Assembly: GCA_030390025.1 (NCBI GenBank)
Contig: CM059449.1
Coordinates: 15,004,001-15,068,000, forward strand
Source of the DNA: Squalus acanthias
Taxonomy: Eukaryota
Length of the DNA stretch: 64,000 nt
Direction: 5' to 3'
Position numbers and translations under genes: made by a program. The notes under the pieces are model-generated. The model was given only the letters and a program-made list of their open reading frames with translations. It was not told the DNA's origin and did no database searches. Positions 23,886-37,410 of the stretch are shown here, piece after piece. Every line of letters starts with the position of its first letter. The stretch's first letter is position 1.

Positions 23886-26725
23886 CAGTCTATTCCCAGT
23901 TACTAGCGGATGTGGTTCCACAGCACAAATCTTCAGCATTTATTGTCACATAAGTGGAAATCTCAACCAATCGGTAAAACCCTTACTACTGGGGTAGAAG
24001 TTTGCGGTTCAAGGGCCACTCCAGGAGTTGCGCACGTCAACTTCGCGAATGTCCACTGCAACACTGAGGGAGTCTGGGAGTTAAGCCTGGGAGGATCAAA
24101 AGGGAACGTTTGGCTGGGAAATTGGCACTGCAGTAACGCTGGATTCTCCTTTTATCAAAATCCATGACGTGCCCCGGCAATGCTGAACGCCTAGACAGTG
24201 AAGAGAAAAAATCTACCCGCATCCGTCGGAAAGTAGTTTGGTGTGCCAAGCTTTGAGACGTCCTGCCAACTAATCATTTCTCGAGGAGGTGGTTCTGCCG
24301 GTCTCCTGCCGTGACATCTCTGGAAGTTCAGCAGAACCCCGCTTTACCTATTACGCGCTTCTCTGAGTTCCGCCGATCTTCCGCCGACGTTACCGCAGGA
24401 GAGCGGGAGAACCCCGCAGAAGTTATTCCCCCCCTTGAGTTTAACAAAAAGCATTCATTTTAATAAAAGGTATAACGGAAAATCAACAGAACAACCTGAC
24501 ATGGGTCAACTGAGAAGAACTTTTATTGCGAAAATATCAAATACTATATCGGATTATGATGAAATGTAAGGAGTTATGTGATGAAACTAGGCTGAGTGAA
24601 CAGTAACGAGTATGAACGCTCAACATGTTGGTTTTCATTTTAACAGCGGCATGAACCAGTTTATTTTCTAGGATAGCACGCCCCTTAAAATAGGGGACTA
24701 ATACATGTCATACAAATGTGATAAATGTTCACAACTAACACAAAGAGTCTGATGTTAAAGCATTGGAGATTCCAAGCCCTTGTTGCTGAATTATGTGTGG
24801 ATAAACCTCACTCACTAAGTTAGAGGACAAAACATTCGCCTGGAAATTCCCATGGAGGGTTCTCTGATCATCCGCCGTTGAAGATCCCACAGAACGCCCG
24901 AGCTTCCGCCCAAGTTACGGCGGGAGAATGGGACAACTCTGCGGAAATTCCACCAGTTCTCCATCGCGGGTGGGGGCAGGTGCTTCTCATCATTGGGGTG
25001 AAATGTCTCGGCTCCTCTTACTTCACCGAAGCGTACAGCACCCCTTCTCGCTTTACACGGCGCTCAGTTTGATTGCTGTCCTGAATATTCAGCGTGGCGT
25101 ATTGCAACTTGTCATCCCCCTCTCTCTATTGAGATGAAAGTGTTTCAGTGTTGAATAAAGTATTGTAAACTGAATATAGCGTAGGGCCTCAAACCCAGCG
25201 CACCAGATGTTGCGCAGTTTCAATGGAATATAATTCAACCCAGTAAACATTCTACATATAATTAGCATATGACTCCACCTGTCAGATATTGTTTCGTTAA
25301 ATAGGATAGATCGCGCCGTCCTAAATATTCCTGTCCTTTTGAATATATTTCAGCTAGTCAACGATTGCACGATTTAAGTAACAAGCAAGGGAAACCGTCG
25401 ACCTAATTAACACATCATTATCACTTTAAAATCCATGCATTTAGAAAAATTCACACTTAATGAATTGAGGAGCAGTGGGTCAGTCAGCATCTGGGAAAGA
25501 CAGATTAACATTTGGGAATAACTGTTCAGTAGCACATTCCGTTGAAGGCAACGTGCCAACCCACGGTTACCCTCTGTTTTCTCTTCCAGGTGCTGCCTGA
25601 CCTACTTTGCATATCCAGCATTTTCTGTTACGGCTTCAGATTTCCTCCTTATCTCGACTTTGTCAAAGTAGGTGTATTTTTGCGTGTGCATGCCTGGGTC
25701 CCCCTATTTTGGGGTCCATTTTAATGTTCCTGGGTGTATCTCGTGCTTTTTGTATTCGTTATTGGGATGTGGGCGTCGCTGGCAAGGCCAGAATTTATTG
25801 CCCATCCACAGCAGCCTTTGAGAAGGTGGTGGTGAGCCGCCTTCTTGAACCGTTGCAGTCAAGATATTCCCACATTGTTTTTCAAAGCGGCTTTTTACAA
25901 CTTAGTGGCTATTTTGGAGGAGAGTTGAGAGTCAACCACATTGCTGTGGGTCTGCAGTCACATATGGGCCAGACCAGGTAAGGACGGCAGATTTCCTTCC
26001 CTAAGGGGCATCAGTGAACAAGGTGGGTTTTTACGACAATCTGATAGTTTCATGTCACCATTACTGATACTAGCATTTTAGTCCAGATTTATTTAATTAA
26101 ATTTAAATTTCCCAGTTGCTGTGGCGGGGTTTGAACTGACGTCGCACGGATCATTAGCCCAGCTCTGATGGATTACTAGTCCAGTAACATAAGCAGTATG
26201 CTACCGTTCCCTATATATGCTTGTGCATGCACCTGCTTATTTGTGTGTGGCTATATGTATTTGCGAGTGTCTGTGAGAGTTTGTCTTTCTGTGTGTGCAG
26301 GTGTTTGAATTCTGGAACTGTTAGGTTTCATTTCATGTCTTTCCTGGTTGGCTTTCTGTTGAACTATAACGAATATTTTAGTCCCGCCTCTCTTCAATTT
26401 CGATTTTCAACTTGCCGCGCCTGTGCGTAAAACTGGCGTTTGGGATGGGCCGCACCTGTGCTTTACGCCTGTGTGGCAAGTTGAGAATCTACCCCACATC
26501 TTCAAGAAGAAAAGTTGAGGCCTTCCAACCTCGTTCCATCTTTAGATTTTTACATCCAACTGAGAGAACTTTTTACATGATAATCTACCGGGAAAAGTAA
26601 ACAAGAGGTCAGGGTTTAAAAATAACAAAAATAGCCCAAGTCGTTGTGGTACATACCCGATTTGTTCTTCTGCACTCAGAGCTGTCATTATTCCTGTCTA
26701 TAAAGCATAGAAAAAAGAAAGAAGA

Positions 26726-27185
26726 AAGACTTGCATTTATATAGCGCCTTTCACCACCTCAGGACGTCCCTAAGCGCTTCACAGCCAATCAAGTACTTTT
26801 TGAAATGTTGTCGCCGTTGTAATGTAGGAAACGCCGCAGCCAATTTGCGCACAGCAAGCTCCCACAATCAACAATCTGACAATGGCCAAATAAACTGTTT
26901 CAGTGATGTTGATTGAGGGACAAACATTGGTCGGGACACCGGGGAGAGCTCCCCTGCTCTTCTTCAAAATAGTGCCAAGTGATATTTTACGTTTAGCTGA
27001 GAGAGCAGACGGAGCCTCGGTCTATTCTCACATCTAAAAGACGGTATCTCTGACAGTGCAACGCTCCCTCAGTACTGCACTGGGAGTGTCAGCCTAGGTT
27101 TTTGTGCTCAAGTCTCTGGAGTGGGAACTTGAAACCCACAGCTTTCAATGTTTCAGAGGCGAGGGTGTTACCAACTGAGCCACGG
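26726..27185 (-). mobile_element. DeuSINE-like tRNA SINE; other copies 39282-39718 (-), 54588-55044 (-), fragments ~440-612 and ~63850-63985 (+)
   Basis: tRNA-like head, Deu-like core (gatgagacgttaaaccgagg in the 39 kb copy) and tail aaggcgctatataaatgcaag. Confidence 0.7.
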
Positions 27186-28393
27186 GAAATGACACTGCCT
27201 AATTTAATTTACTTGAACAGTGTATACAGTACAATACAACATATTGTGCCTTAGATATAGCGCTGTAATACACTGTGGTATAATGCTATAGGATACAACA
27301 TAACATAGTATAAAACAGGAGAACGCAATAAAATAAAGTATACAGTAGGATGTACCGTATTGCACAACAATAAACCGATAAAATTAGTATGGTCCAATAT
27401 ATAATACGCTACCACGCAATATAAAACAGCATAAGGTTCTTCTGTGCGATATAAACGGTGTTCATGTCAGATTCCTACACCCACTATTTTAACTGTTTAC
27501 TTTAAACTAATGCAAAAAGCAATTTGACATGAGTGCGCCAAGCACTTGTACGAGAATAGGGTGATGTCCAGGCTAATCTACTATAATATATGATATATAA
27601 TACAGCATGACATTGAAACGTACTATTAAATATCATGGAATAATTTATCACAAAAAAATCAGCGTGTGGTAAGAAAATATTATAAAATATTGTATTATCC
27701 ATAGACCTTAACACTTCCAATTGACTTTGTGGCCAATATGTGTAACATGTGTCACTCAATAGCGGTTCTGGAAACAAGAGTTATTAAATCATAGACTCAA
27801 ACAGCACAGAAGGAGGCCATTCGGCCCAACCTGCCTGTGCCGGCTCTCTGAAAGAGCAATAATTAGTCCCACGACCCCCTGCTCTTTCCCCATAGCCCTG
27901 AAACAGTTCCCTTGTTAAGCATTTATCCAATTCCCTTTGAAAGGTATTATTGACTCTGTTTCCACCATCCTTTCAGGCAGCGCATTCCAGATCACAACAA
28001 CTCACTGAGTAAATAAAAATTCTCCTAATTTCCCCCTCGCATTTTTTCCCCAGTATCTTAAATCTGTGTCCTCTGGTTGTCGACAGAATAATCAGACAGA
28101 ACAATACTGAACTCATGGTCAACGGATTATACCTGATAGATAAGAAAATTAACCAAATTATCAATTAAAATCAAATTAAATCGAAGGAGTAAGCGTTCGG
28201 AGTTTATTAAAAGTGACAGGTTGCTCACGTTTCTTTCTGTCACCCACCTGTTTCATGGATCACTGAGTAGAGCGGATCTGGACTGAAGCAAAAGAGGACA
28301 TCAGAAAATGTAGGCATCCAAAACAATAAAATACATTAAAGAACAAGAAAGTGGCTTTCTTTAAATAAAAAGTAGATCAATGTAAACAGTTAC

Positions 28394-31300
28394 CTGGTGG
28401 GTTGCTGAAGAGCTACTGTGAGGAGAGAAAGACAAAGACAGAAAAATTAAAGAGCTGAATTTATTGATTATATCTGCAAGAAGCAAATGAAATAATTGGT
28501 ATCGAATGAAGTGAATTAAATTTTGGGGGCAATTTTAACCAAACACGCGGAGAAACGGACGGGATCGGGGGCAACGTCTTGAAGTCAAATGAGAGCAATA
28601 TTGGGCGGGTCTAAACCCGGAGTTCCACCCGATCCCCTGCATTTCCCGCCCGGTGAATTAGGATAAAATTACCAGAGAATTTGCCAACCACATGGAATTT
28701 AGTAGAGGTACACTTAGTGCTGTTACCTCTCTTACGATGCCGGCTGATAATAATAATGACTATGATGATGATGATGATCAGGAGAGGAACCGCTACCGCT
28801 GCATAGACGAGTGATGGGATCATTGGTGCGGACTCGCCGTGGCTGCTCTCTCCACCACCTGTGTGTAAATGTAAAGTTTCTTTTGTGAGACAGAGCAGTC
28901 AAGAACAGGGCAATGGTCACATTGAGATTGAGTATCAGCAAATGTGACACTGATTCCCAATCCTCTTTGACATGCGGGGCTATTTCACACTGGCATACAT
29001 CAAACTAGGCCACCGATCAAAACGCAAAATGTCACCAGTGGACAACTGGAGATATTCCCACCCTGGAAGTAACACTGGGAGAATTTTAATGTAGGGACGC
29101 TTAATGGGTTGGTGCCAGTTTCCTTTCTTTTAAATAGCGGGGGTGGGGTGGGGATCGTGTGAGTTCTGTTAACATAGGAACATAGGAACAGCAGGAGGCC
29201 ATTCAGCCCCTCCAGCCTGTTCCACCATTCAATGAGATCATGGCTGATCTGTGACCTAACTCCATATACCCGCCTTTTGCCCAATATCCCTTAATGCATT
29301 TGGTTAACAAAAATCTATCAATCTCCGATTTAAAATTCACAATTCACCCAGCATCAGTTGTCGTTTGAGGAAGAGAGCTCCAAAGTTTTACCACCCTTTT
29401 GTGTGTGTAGAACTGTTTCCTAATTTCACTCCTGAAAGGTTTAGCTCTATTTTTTACACCATGTCCCCTAGTCCTAAACTCCCCAATCAGAGGAAGTTAT
29501 TTCTCTCTATCTACCATCTCCGTTCCCCTTAATATCTCGAGAGTGTCCCGCCCAGTTTTCTTGAATTCACTAGACCCTGGAGATCCAATTGGATCCTGAG
29601 CACGAACGAGAAAATCTTCCCCTCCTATTTGCTGGATGCTTAAGACAAATCGAACATCTGGAAATTAGACGTGCCGAGACTGGGTGATCAATGCAGTTCT
29701 TCTGCGGACCCATCTTTGCATTTTGTTGGCGCGCAATGTTGTAATTTCCATTTACGCACACAACTATATCCGTCAGTACCTCCATTTACAAGATGACAGT
29801 GAAATCTAACGTATCATAGATGTGTGGAACGGTTTATTCCTAATATTGTCACGCGGTGATTTCAAGGCTCAAGTGTTGCTCTTATTACTGGGCTCTAGTC
29901 TTCGCCTCGCACACTGTAACTGGGTTGACTACTTATCTATAGTCATACCTAAAATTGTATACAGCAACTGAGTGTAATTAATATCCCCTCCATTCATTTA
30001 TTTTAAAAGGTCATTCTCGGGATACGGGCGACGCTGGCGAGGCGGGCATGTTATTGTCCATCTCTGGTTCATCCCTTGAGAAGGTGGTTGTGGGCCGCCT
30101 TCTTCTTGAACTGCTGCAGCCCGGTGTGGTGAAGGTTCTCCCGCAGTGCTGTTAGGGAGGCAGTTCCAGGGTTTTGGAAGGAACAGCGATACAAGTCCAA
30201 ATCAGGCTGGTGTGTGACTTGGAGAGGAACTTGGAGGGGATGGCGTTCCCATGCTTCTGCTGCCCTTGACCTTCTAGGTGGTGGAGATCGCGAGTTTGGG
30301 AGTTCCAATTGATAGAATGGAGAATTTACCGAAACTGACAATATTACCCCCTCGAAAAATCCCATATGATTGCGTGAAATTTCATTGGTAAGAATATCTC
30401 CACCAATCCAAACTTACTGTATTGACGCAGTTCCACGGTCACTTTTGTCCCGGGTCCGTCTGCTGCAGCGAATCCCACGAGCTCCACTTTGCAGAAATAG
30501 AACCCGGTATCTTCCGGTTTCAGCTGGATGATTCTAATCGACGCGTTTCGCCTCTGGCTGAAATCCTCTCCACTTGCCCCGAACACCCTGCCTCTGTATT
30601 CCGCTGTATTGTTGGAAACTTCATTTCCCTGTTTGTTGCCTCGGTGCCACGTGTAGCTGCCAATTCCTGTGGGACCCTCATATCGACAGAGCAGGTCCGC
30701 TGTCTGTCCCGCGGTTTTGGTGAGAGATTGCGGGCTCTGAATTACGGTGATGTTTCCAACAGTAACTGCTGCAAGTGGGTAAAACACACCATTTATAAAT
30801 ATACAGGGTACTTCTTTGCTTCAAAGCACGCCGTGGAAGGGCTGGTGGTGGAGGTCGCGAGTTTGGGAGTTCCAATTGATCGAATGGTGAATTTACCTTT
30901 ACGGACAATATTACCCCCTCGAAAAATCCCATATGATTGCGTGCAATTTCATTGGTAAGAATATCTGCACCAATCCAAACTTACGGTATTGATCCCGTTC
31001 CACGGTCACTGTTGTCCCGGTTCCGTCTGCTGCAGTGAATCCCACGAGCTCCACTTTGCAGAAATAGAACCCGGCATCTTCCGGTTTCAGCTGGATTATT
31101 CTAATAGACGCGTTTCCCCTCTGGCTGAAATCCTCTCTACTTGCCCCGAACACCCTGCCTCTGTATTCCGCTGTATTGTTGGAAACTTCATTTGTCTGTT
31201 TGGTGCCTCGGTGCCACGTGTAGCTGCCGATTCCTCTGGGACCCTCATATCTACAGAGCAGGTCCGCTGTCTGTCCCGCGGTTTTGGTGAGTGATTGCGG

Positions 31301-34300
31301 TCTCTGAATTACGGTGATGTTCCCGACAGTAACTGCTGCAAGTGGGTAAAACAGAACATTTATAAATATACAGGGCACTTCTTTGCTTTAACGCAGGCCG
31401 TGGAAGGGCTGGTTTTAAGCAAATATTATTTCGGAGGATTTTTGATAAGGTATTCCTGATCTTTAACTTGAGGGAATAAAAACAGAAAATACTGGAAACG
31501 CTCAGCAGGCCAGGCAGCATCTGTGGAGAGAGAAATAGAGTCAACGTTTCAGGTCTATGACCTTTCCTCAGAACTGGAAAAAGTTGGAGATGTACCAGGT
31601 CTTCAGCAAATGTAGGGGCCAGGAAAAGGGGGAGGGGAGGAAAGAACAAAAGGGAAGGTCTGTGATAGAGTGGAAGGCAGGAGAGATTAAATAACACAAG
31701 GGACGATGGGGCAAGAGAAAAGGAGATGGTAATGGGACAAGTTATGAAACAAAAGATGGGTCTAGAGGAGCTGTACATGGTTAACTTGAGGGATATTGGT
31801 GCTGGAACTGGAGCGCCTTTGGTTTTTAGGCGCACTCCTACGTCAAGTATAGAATGATGCGGAGATGCCGCTGTTGGACTGGGGTGGTATAAAAGTGAGA
31901 AGTCGCACAAAACCAGGTTATAGTCCAACAGCGTTATTTGAAATCACAAGCTTTCGGAGCGCTGCTCCTTCGTCAGGTGAAGTGAAGAAATACATATGGG
32001 CACAGCATAAATAGTCAGAGAACAATGCCAGACGACTACAGTTAATCTTTCTAACTGCCCTTTATCACACCTCGGCAGAGAGACAATCACGGCAATCAAA
32101 GGTGTGGTTGGTGTCCAACCAGGTCAGTCAGGAAGACATTACATCAAAGACGATAGCAAAATACAACAAAGACAATGAGGTGGGGTCACAATGGGTCAAA
32201 TGTGGCAGCTGCTGGAGTCTGTATGGAAAACAATTTTTTTTTAAACTTTTTTTGCTGGAAATTACAGCAGGCCGCATCTGTTTAGAGAGAACAAGCCAGC
32301 GACGACTCGAGTCTGGATGACTCTACGTCAGGTGGGGTTACAGGTAGCGTGACATGAACCCAAGATCCCGGTTGAGGGCATCCTCATGGGTGCGGAACTT
32401 GGCTATCAGTTTCTGCTCGATGATTTTGCGTTGTCGTGTGTCTCGAAGGCCACCTTGGAGAACGCTTACCCGAAGATCGGAGGCTGAATGTCCTTGACTG
32501 CTGAAGTGTTCCCCGACTGGGAGGTAACAATCCTGCCTGGCGATTATTGCGCGGTGTCCGTTCATACGTTGTCGCAGTGTCTGCATGGTCTTGCCGATGT
32601 ACCATGCTCCGGGGCATCCTTTCCTGCAATGTATGAGGTAGACAACGTTGGCCGAGTCACATGAGTATGTACCATGTACCTGGTGGGTAGTGTCCTCACG
32701 TGTGATGATGATATCTGTGTTAATGATCTGGCATGTCTTGCAGAGGTTGCCGTGGCACTCCAGCAGCTGCCACATTTGACCCCTTGTGACCCCACCTCAT
32801 TGTCTTTGTTGTATTTTGCTATCGTCTTTGATGTAATGTTTTCCTGACTGACCTGGTTGGACACCATCCACACCTTTGATTGCCGTGATTGTCTCTCTGC
32901 CGAGGTGTGATAAAGGGCAGTTAGAAAGATTAACTGGCATTGTTCTCTGACTATTTCTGCTGTGCCCATATGTATTTCTTCACTTCACCTGACGAAGGAA
33001 CAGCGCTCCGAAAGCTTGTGATTTCAAATAAAGCTGTTGGACTATAACCTGGTGTTGTGCGACTTCTCACTCAAGTATAGAATGGATCTGGTACAAAGTA
33101 CCTCTGCCCCGTTCCAAATAATAAGCATTCACTTTAATTTAAGTTCTCCCGATATGCTTTCTGTGCAGCCCCCGGTCTCATTTACACTTTGAGCTAGGGT
33201 GTGAAATGGGCAATCTCGAAGCCCGATATTCTCTTCCATTTGGGGGTCATTTTAACTTTGGGTGCTAAATGGGCGAGGTCGGGTCGGCTGCCTGAAATTA
33301 CAACGGGCGGATGATCCGATGTCGCCCGTTTCAGACGCTCGCGTAAAGTCCAAATCACTTCCAGCAAGTGATGAGAAGTTTAATCTCATTAGTCTGATCA
33401 GATTGGAAGTCAGATAGATGCTAAACCCCAGCACCTTCTCACTAATAATCAGCGGTGACCGGAGAATATGTAAAATTCAAACAGAATATTAATAGTCAAA
33501 ATAATGAATCGATCTGAATGTCCTCAGCTTGTTACATGTAGTGACATTACAAATTGGATGAAAGATTTCCCACTTTGGGTATACCTTGTAAAACCGCCAA
33601 TAACTCTTTAATTTGTTTTAATGATTTTGCTACAACTACGGATCAGATAAAATAGTCAATGCACTTGCGACCTCGTTCCGCGCAGCAAGCAGCGCTACTC
33701 TTGCCCTGTGCTGATAACTAGAGAAAGTTTGTATCCAATTAAACTGCGAGAAATAATATGAATTGAACAATGAAAATGTCATGCCCTCTGGAAACGGGTG
33801 TTTACTTGAACACAGCCAGCACTCCAAATATTCACTCCAAGGACTGTTGTGGATACAGAATCTTGACATTTTTGGTAGATATAATATCATAGAATCATAG
33901 AATAATACAGCAGAGAAGGAGGCAGTTCGGCCCATCGTGTCTGTGCCGGCTGTTTCGAAGAACAATCCAGTTAGTCCCACTCCCCCCTCTCTTTCCCCAT
34001 ATCACTGCAATCTTTTTCTCCTTCAAATATTTGTCCAATTCCCTTTTGAAGGCAAATTGAATCTGTATCTACCACCCTATCAGGCAGAGTACAAGGGCAA
34101 TCTATACTTCAGGGAGCAACATACATTATGCTCTCCTGGACCAGATACAGTAAACCTCTTTACCCGAGAGCTGATCCGTCTCTCACGTTTAGCTCTCTCT
34201 TTCTCGCTCTGTCTTCCTCAGTCTCTCTTTCTGTCTCTCACACACACGCACGATTGGAACCTATTTCTCTCTCTCTCTCTCTCGTTTCCTATTCCTATCC

Positions 34301-34927
34301 ATGACTTCTTGATTTAACTCGTCTTCCCTCCCACTATTTGCAACCTTGATGCTGTCCTTCGCCATGGGCGATTGGCGCTTCACCTAAATGCCTCAATTCA
34401 AAATAAGCAACCTCGAAAGCGTTAGCTTCTCTGTGGCGAGCCCTGGTTAACTGGGAGATTGATTATATTACCAGGACATAATTCATTACCACGGCGCTGA
34501 GATATTAAGATGGTTAATCTCGCGTCTTTGAGAATTTCCGCACAAACCTGATGTTTTATGATTTGCAGGCGAGCTGGTCATGAATATAAAATTGGTTAAA
34601 TCCACAATCTGGTGCTGTGATCAGCAAATATGGTATATCGGAATAAGATTTAACCAGATACACATATAAATAAGAAAAAAGGATGGGAGGACATCGCTTG
34701 GGTATTTAATATCTAATTAAGACACACAATATTTCATTAAAGTCATTCCGAAATAATGGAAATTAAATCCAGTCAATTTCAATAAAATGCAGCCACTCCG
34801 AAACGCCAGCTTAACGCTCAGGCGGCAAGTTGAAAATCTACCCCATATTCTTGAACGGATCTGATGTGTCAGAAATAAGCTTACCGGAGAACATAGCGAA
34901 TGCCCAGGTAACTGCAGCCCAATTCAT
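28394..34927 (-). CDS. Gene N1: NKp30/NCR3-like receptor with two tandem V(J) domains and a neutral TM. Exons 34927-34885, 31335-30985, 30768-30418, 28858-28727, 28415-28394; final tail exons uncertain
   Basis: Leader [15 protein letters not shown]|gtaagc. Two 351-nt phase 1/1 V exons. 132-nt exon [44 protein letters not shown]. 22-nt exon VALQQPT. Confidence 0.85.
28727..28858 (-). CDS. Gene N1 stalk/TM exon
   Basis: Acceptor ttacacacag|, donor G|gtaaca. Hydrophobic run followed by the RHRKR stop-transfer sequence. Confidence 0.85.
30418..30768 (-). CDS. Gene N1 V(J) exon 2
   Basis: Within ORF 30344-30787. Tandem copy of exon 1 (567-bp period) with intact splice sites. Confidence 0.93.
30985..31335 (-). 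CDS. Gene N1 V(J) exon 1
   Basis: Within ORF 30911-31378: IGSYTWHR...[13 protein letters not shown]...[13 protein letters not shown]...GTGT, closely resembling the NKp30 V domain. Confidence 0.93.
31857..33070 (-). mobile_element. Penelope-like element fragment: GIY-YIG remnant between ~320-bp inverted repeats, 14-bp TSD, copy A only
   Basis: ORF 32338-32775 (NVVYLIHC...WYIGKT...LRQRMNGH). TSD TCAAGTATAGAATG at 31843 and 33071; single copy in B at ~59539. Confidence 0.88.
34885..34927 (-). CDS. Gene N1 leader exon
   Basis: 43 nt, phase 1, donor gtaagc; homologous to the gene X leader. Confidence 0.8.
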
Positions 34928-35499
34928 TCTCCCTGTCGGCGGTGATATCATTTCAGAAAGGAAATTCAAGTAGAGTACAGACAGGAATATTTGAGTAATG
35001 CAGTGGGAGAGTGAACCTGAGTCAGAGTCCGGATGTGATGGAATGGAAAACAATGAATTGCAAGCTGTATATACAACCGCAGATATCTCTCGCACATGGT
35101 TCTGTCTCTCTCTCGCTCACACACACACACACACTCTCATTCTCTCTCAAGGACAGTTCGCAGCAGATACTCTATCACGGGTTAGATTCTTGGCTTCACC
35201 TGTAACCTGGGTACGTAACTGACCACGGGATAGGAGGAAGAGAGTCGTAGATGTTGCTGTCACTGGTGAGAAGTAGCGTTAGAGTTCAGGAGGACATAGC
35301 CTGATGAAATGGGCAGGCACATGGCAGATGCAATTTAATGCGTCTAAGTGTGAAGTGATGCACTTTGAGAGGAGCAACATGGAAAGGCACTGTGACCTAA
35401 ATGGTGCTATTTTGAGGGGGTGCAGCTGCACAGGGACCTGGGTGTGCACATTCACAAATATCTGAAGGTGGCAGGGCAAGCTGACAAGGCAGTGAAGAA

Positions 35500-37410
35500 A
35501 GTCATAGAGTCATAGAGTTATACAGCATAGAAAGAGGCTCTTCGGCCCATCGTGTCCGCGCCGGCCATCAAGCCCTGTGTATTTTAATCCCATTTTCCAG
35601 CACTTGGTCCGTAGCCTTGTATGCTATGGCGTTTCAAGTGCTCATCTAAAGGCTTCTTGAATGTTGTGAGGGTTCCTGCCTCTACCACCCTTTTCAGACA
35701 GTGAGTTCCAGATTCCAACCACCCTCTGGGTGAAAAAGTGTTTCCTCAAAACGCCTCTAAACCTCCTGCCCCTTAACTTGAAACTATGCCCCCTGGTTAT
35801 TGACACCTCTACTAAGGGGAAAAGTTCCTTTCTATCTACCCTATCTATGCCCCTCATAATTTTGTACACCTCAATCAGGTCCCCCCCTCAGCCTTCTCTG
35901 CTCTAAGGAAAACAACCCCAGCCTGTCCAGTCTCTCTTCATAGCTGAAGCGCTCCAGCCCAGGTAACATCCTGGTGAATCTCCTCTGCACCATCTCCAAT
36001 GCAATCACATCCTTCATATAGTGTGGCGACCAGAACTGCACACAGTGTTCCAGATGTGCCCTAACTAGCGTTTTGTACAGCTCCATCATAACCTCCCTGC
36101 TCTTATATTCTATGCCTTGGCTAATGAAGGCAAGTATCCCATATGCCTTTTTAAACACCGTATCTACCTGTCCTGCTGCCTTCAGGGATCTATGTACATG
36201 CACGCCAAGGTCCGGCTGATCCTCTGTCCTTCCTAGGGTCCTACCATTCATTGTGTATACCCTTGCCTTGTTAGTACTCCCTAAATACATCACATCACAC
36301 TTTTCAGGGTTAAATTCAATTTGCCATTGTTCTGCCAATATGACCAACCCGTCTATATCCTCCTGTAGCCTGAGGCTTCCCGCCTCGCTATTTACCACCC
36401 CACGAATTTTCGTGTCATCTGCAAACTTACTGATCATACCTCCTACATTCATATCTAAATCATTAATGTACACTACAAACAGCAAAGTACCCAGCACCGA
36501 TCACTGCGGTACACCACTGGACACAGGCTTCCAGTCACAAAAACAGCATTCGACCATTACCATCTGCCTCCTGCCACTAAGCCAATTTTGGATCCAATGT
36601 GCCAAGTTGCCCTGGATCCCATGGGCTTATATCTTCTTGACCAGTCTCCCCTGCGGGACTTTGTCAAATGCCTTACTGAAGTCCATGTAGACCACATCAA
36701 CTGCACTACCCTCATCCACACACGTAGTCACCCCCTCAAAAAATTCAATCAAAATGGTCAGACATGATCTCCCCCTGACAAAGCCATGCTACTATCCTTG
36801 ATTAATCCTTGCCACTCCAAGTGGAGACGAATTCTGTTCCTCAGAATTTTTCCAATAATATCCCTACCACTGATGTTAGGCTCACTGGCCTGTAATTCCC
36901 TGGTTTATCCCTACTACCCTTCTTGAATAATGGTTCTACGTTAGCTGTTCTCCAGTCCTCTGGCACCTCCCCTGTGGCCAGAGAGGTTCTGAAAATTTGT
37001 GTCAGAGCCCCTGCAATCTGCTCCCTTGCCTCACACAGCAGCTTGGGATACCTCTCGTCTGGGCCTGGGGATGTATGCACTTGTAAGCCTGCTAAAACCG
37101 CTAGTACCTCCTCCCTCTCAATACTAATTTGTTCAAGTATATCATAATACCCCTGCCTGATTTCTATGCCTACATCGTCCTTCTCCATAGTGAACACAGA
37201 TGCAAAATATTCATTTAAAACCCCACCTACATCTTCTGGCTCCACAAACAGATTTCCACTTTGGTCCCTAATGGGCACTACTATTTCCCTGGTATCCTCT
37301 TGACCTTAATATACTTATAAAGCACCTTGGGATTTTCCTTTTTTTTGCCCGCCCGTGTTATTTCATGCCCCCTCTTCGCTCTCCTAATTTCTTTTTTAAG
37401 TATCCCCTCT
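35500..37410 (-). mobile_element. CR1 LINE, 5'-truncated and degenerate
   Basis: ORFs 36841-37278, 35871-36497 (FADD) and 35642-35869. Confidence 0.92.

Larger units (their letters stand above)
12868..33326. repeat. Segmental duplication, copy A (P1 plus most of N1)
   Basis: Colinear, highly similar unique sequence shared with 41025-61286, from cattgatatgaaaa to tgatccgatgtcgcc. Confidence 0.92.

Noticed and set aside
27502-27590. Alternative N1 tail exon SRLAWTSPYSRTSAW
   Set aside because: Weak acceptor that is not conserved at the same position in copy B.
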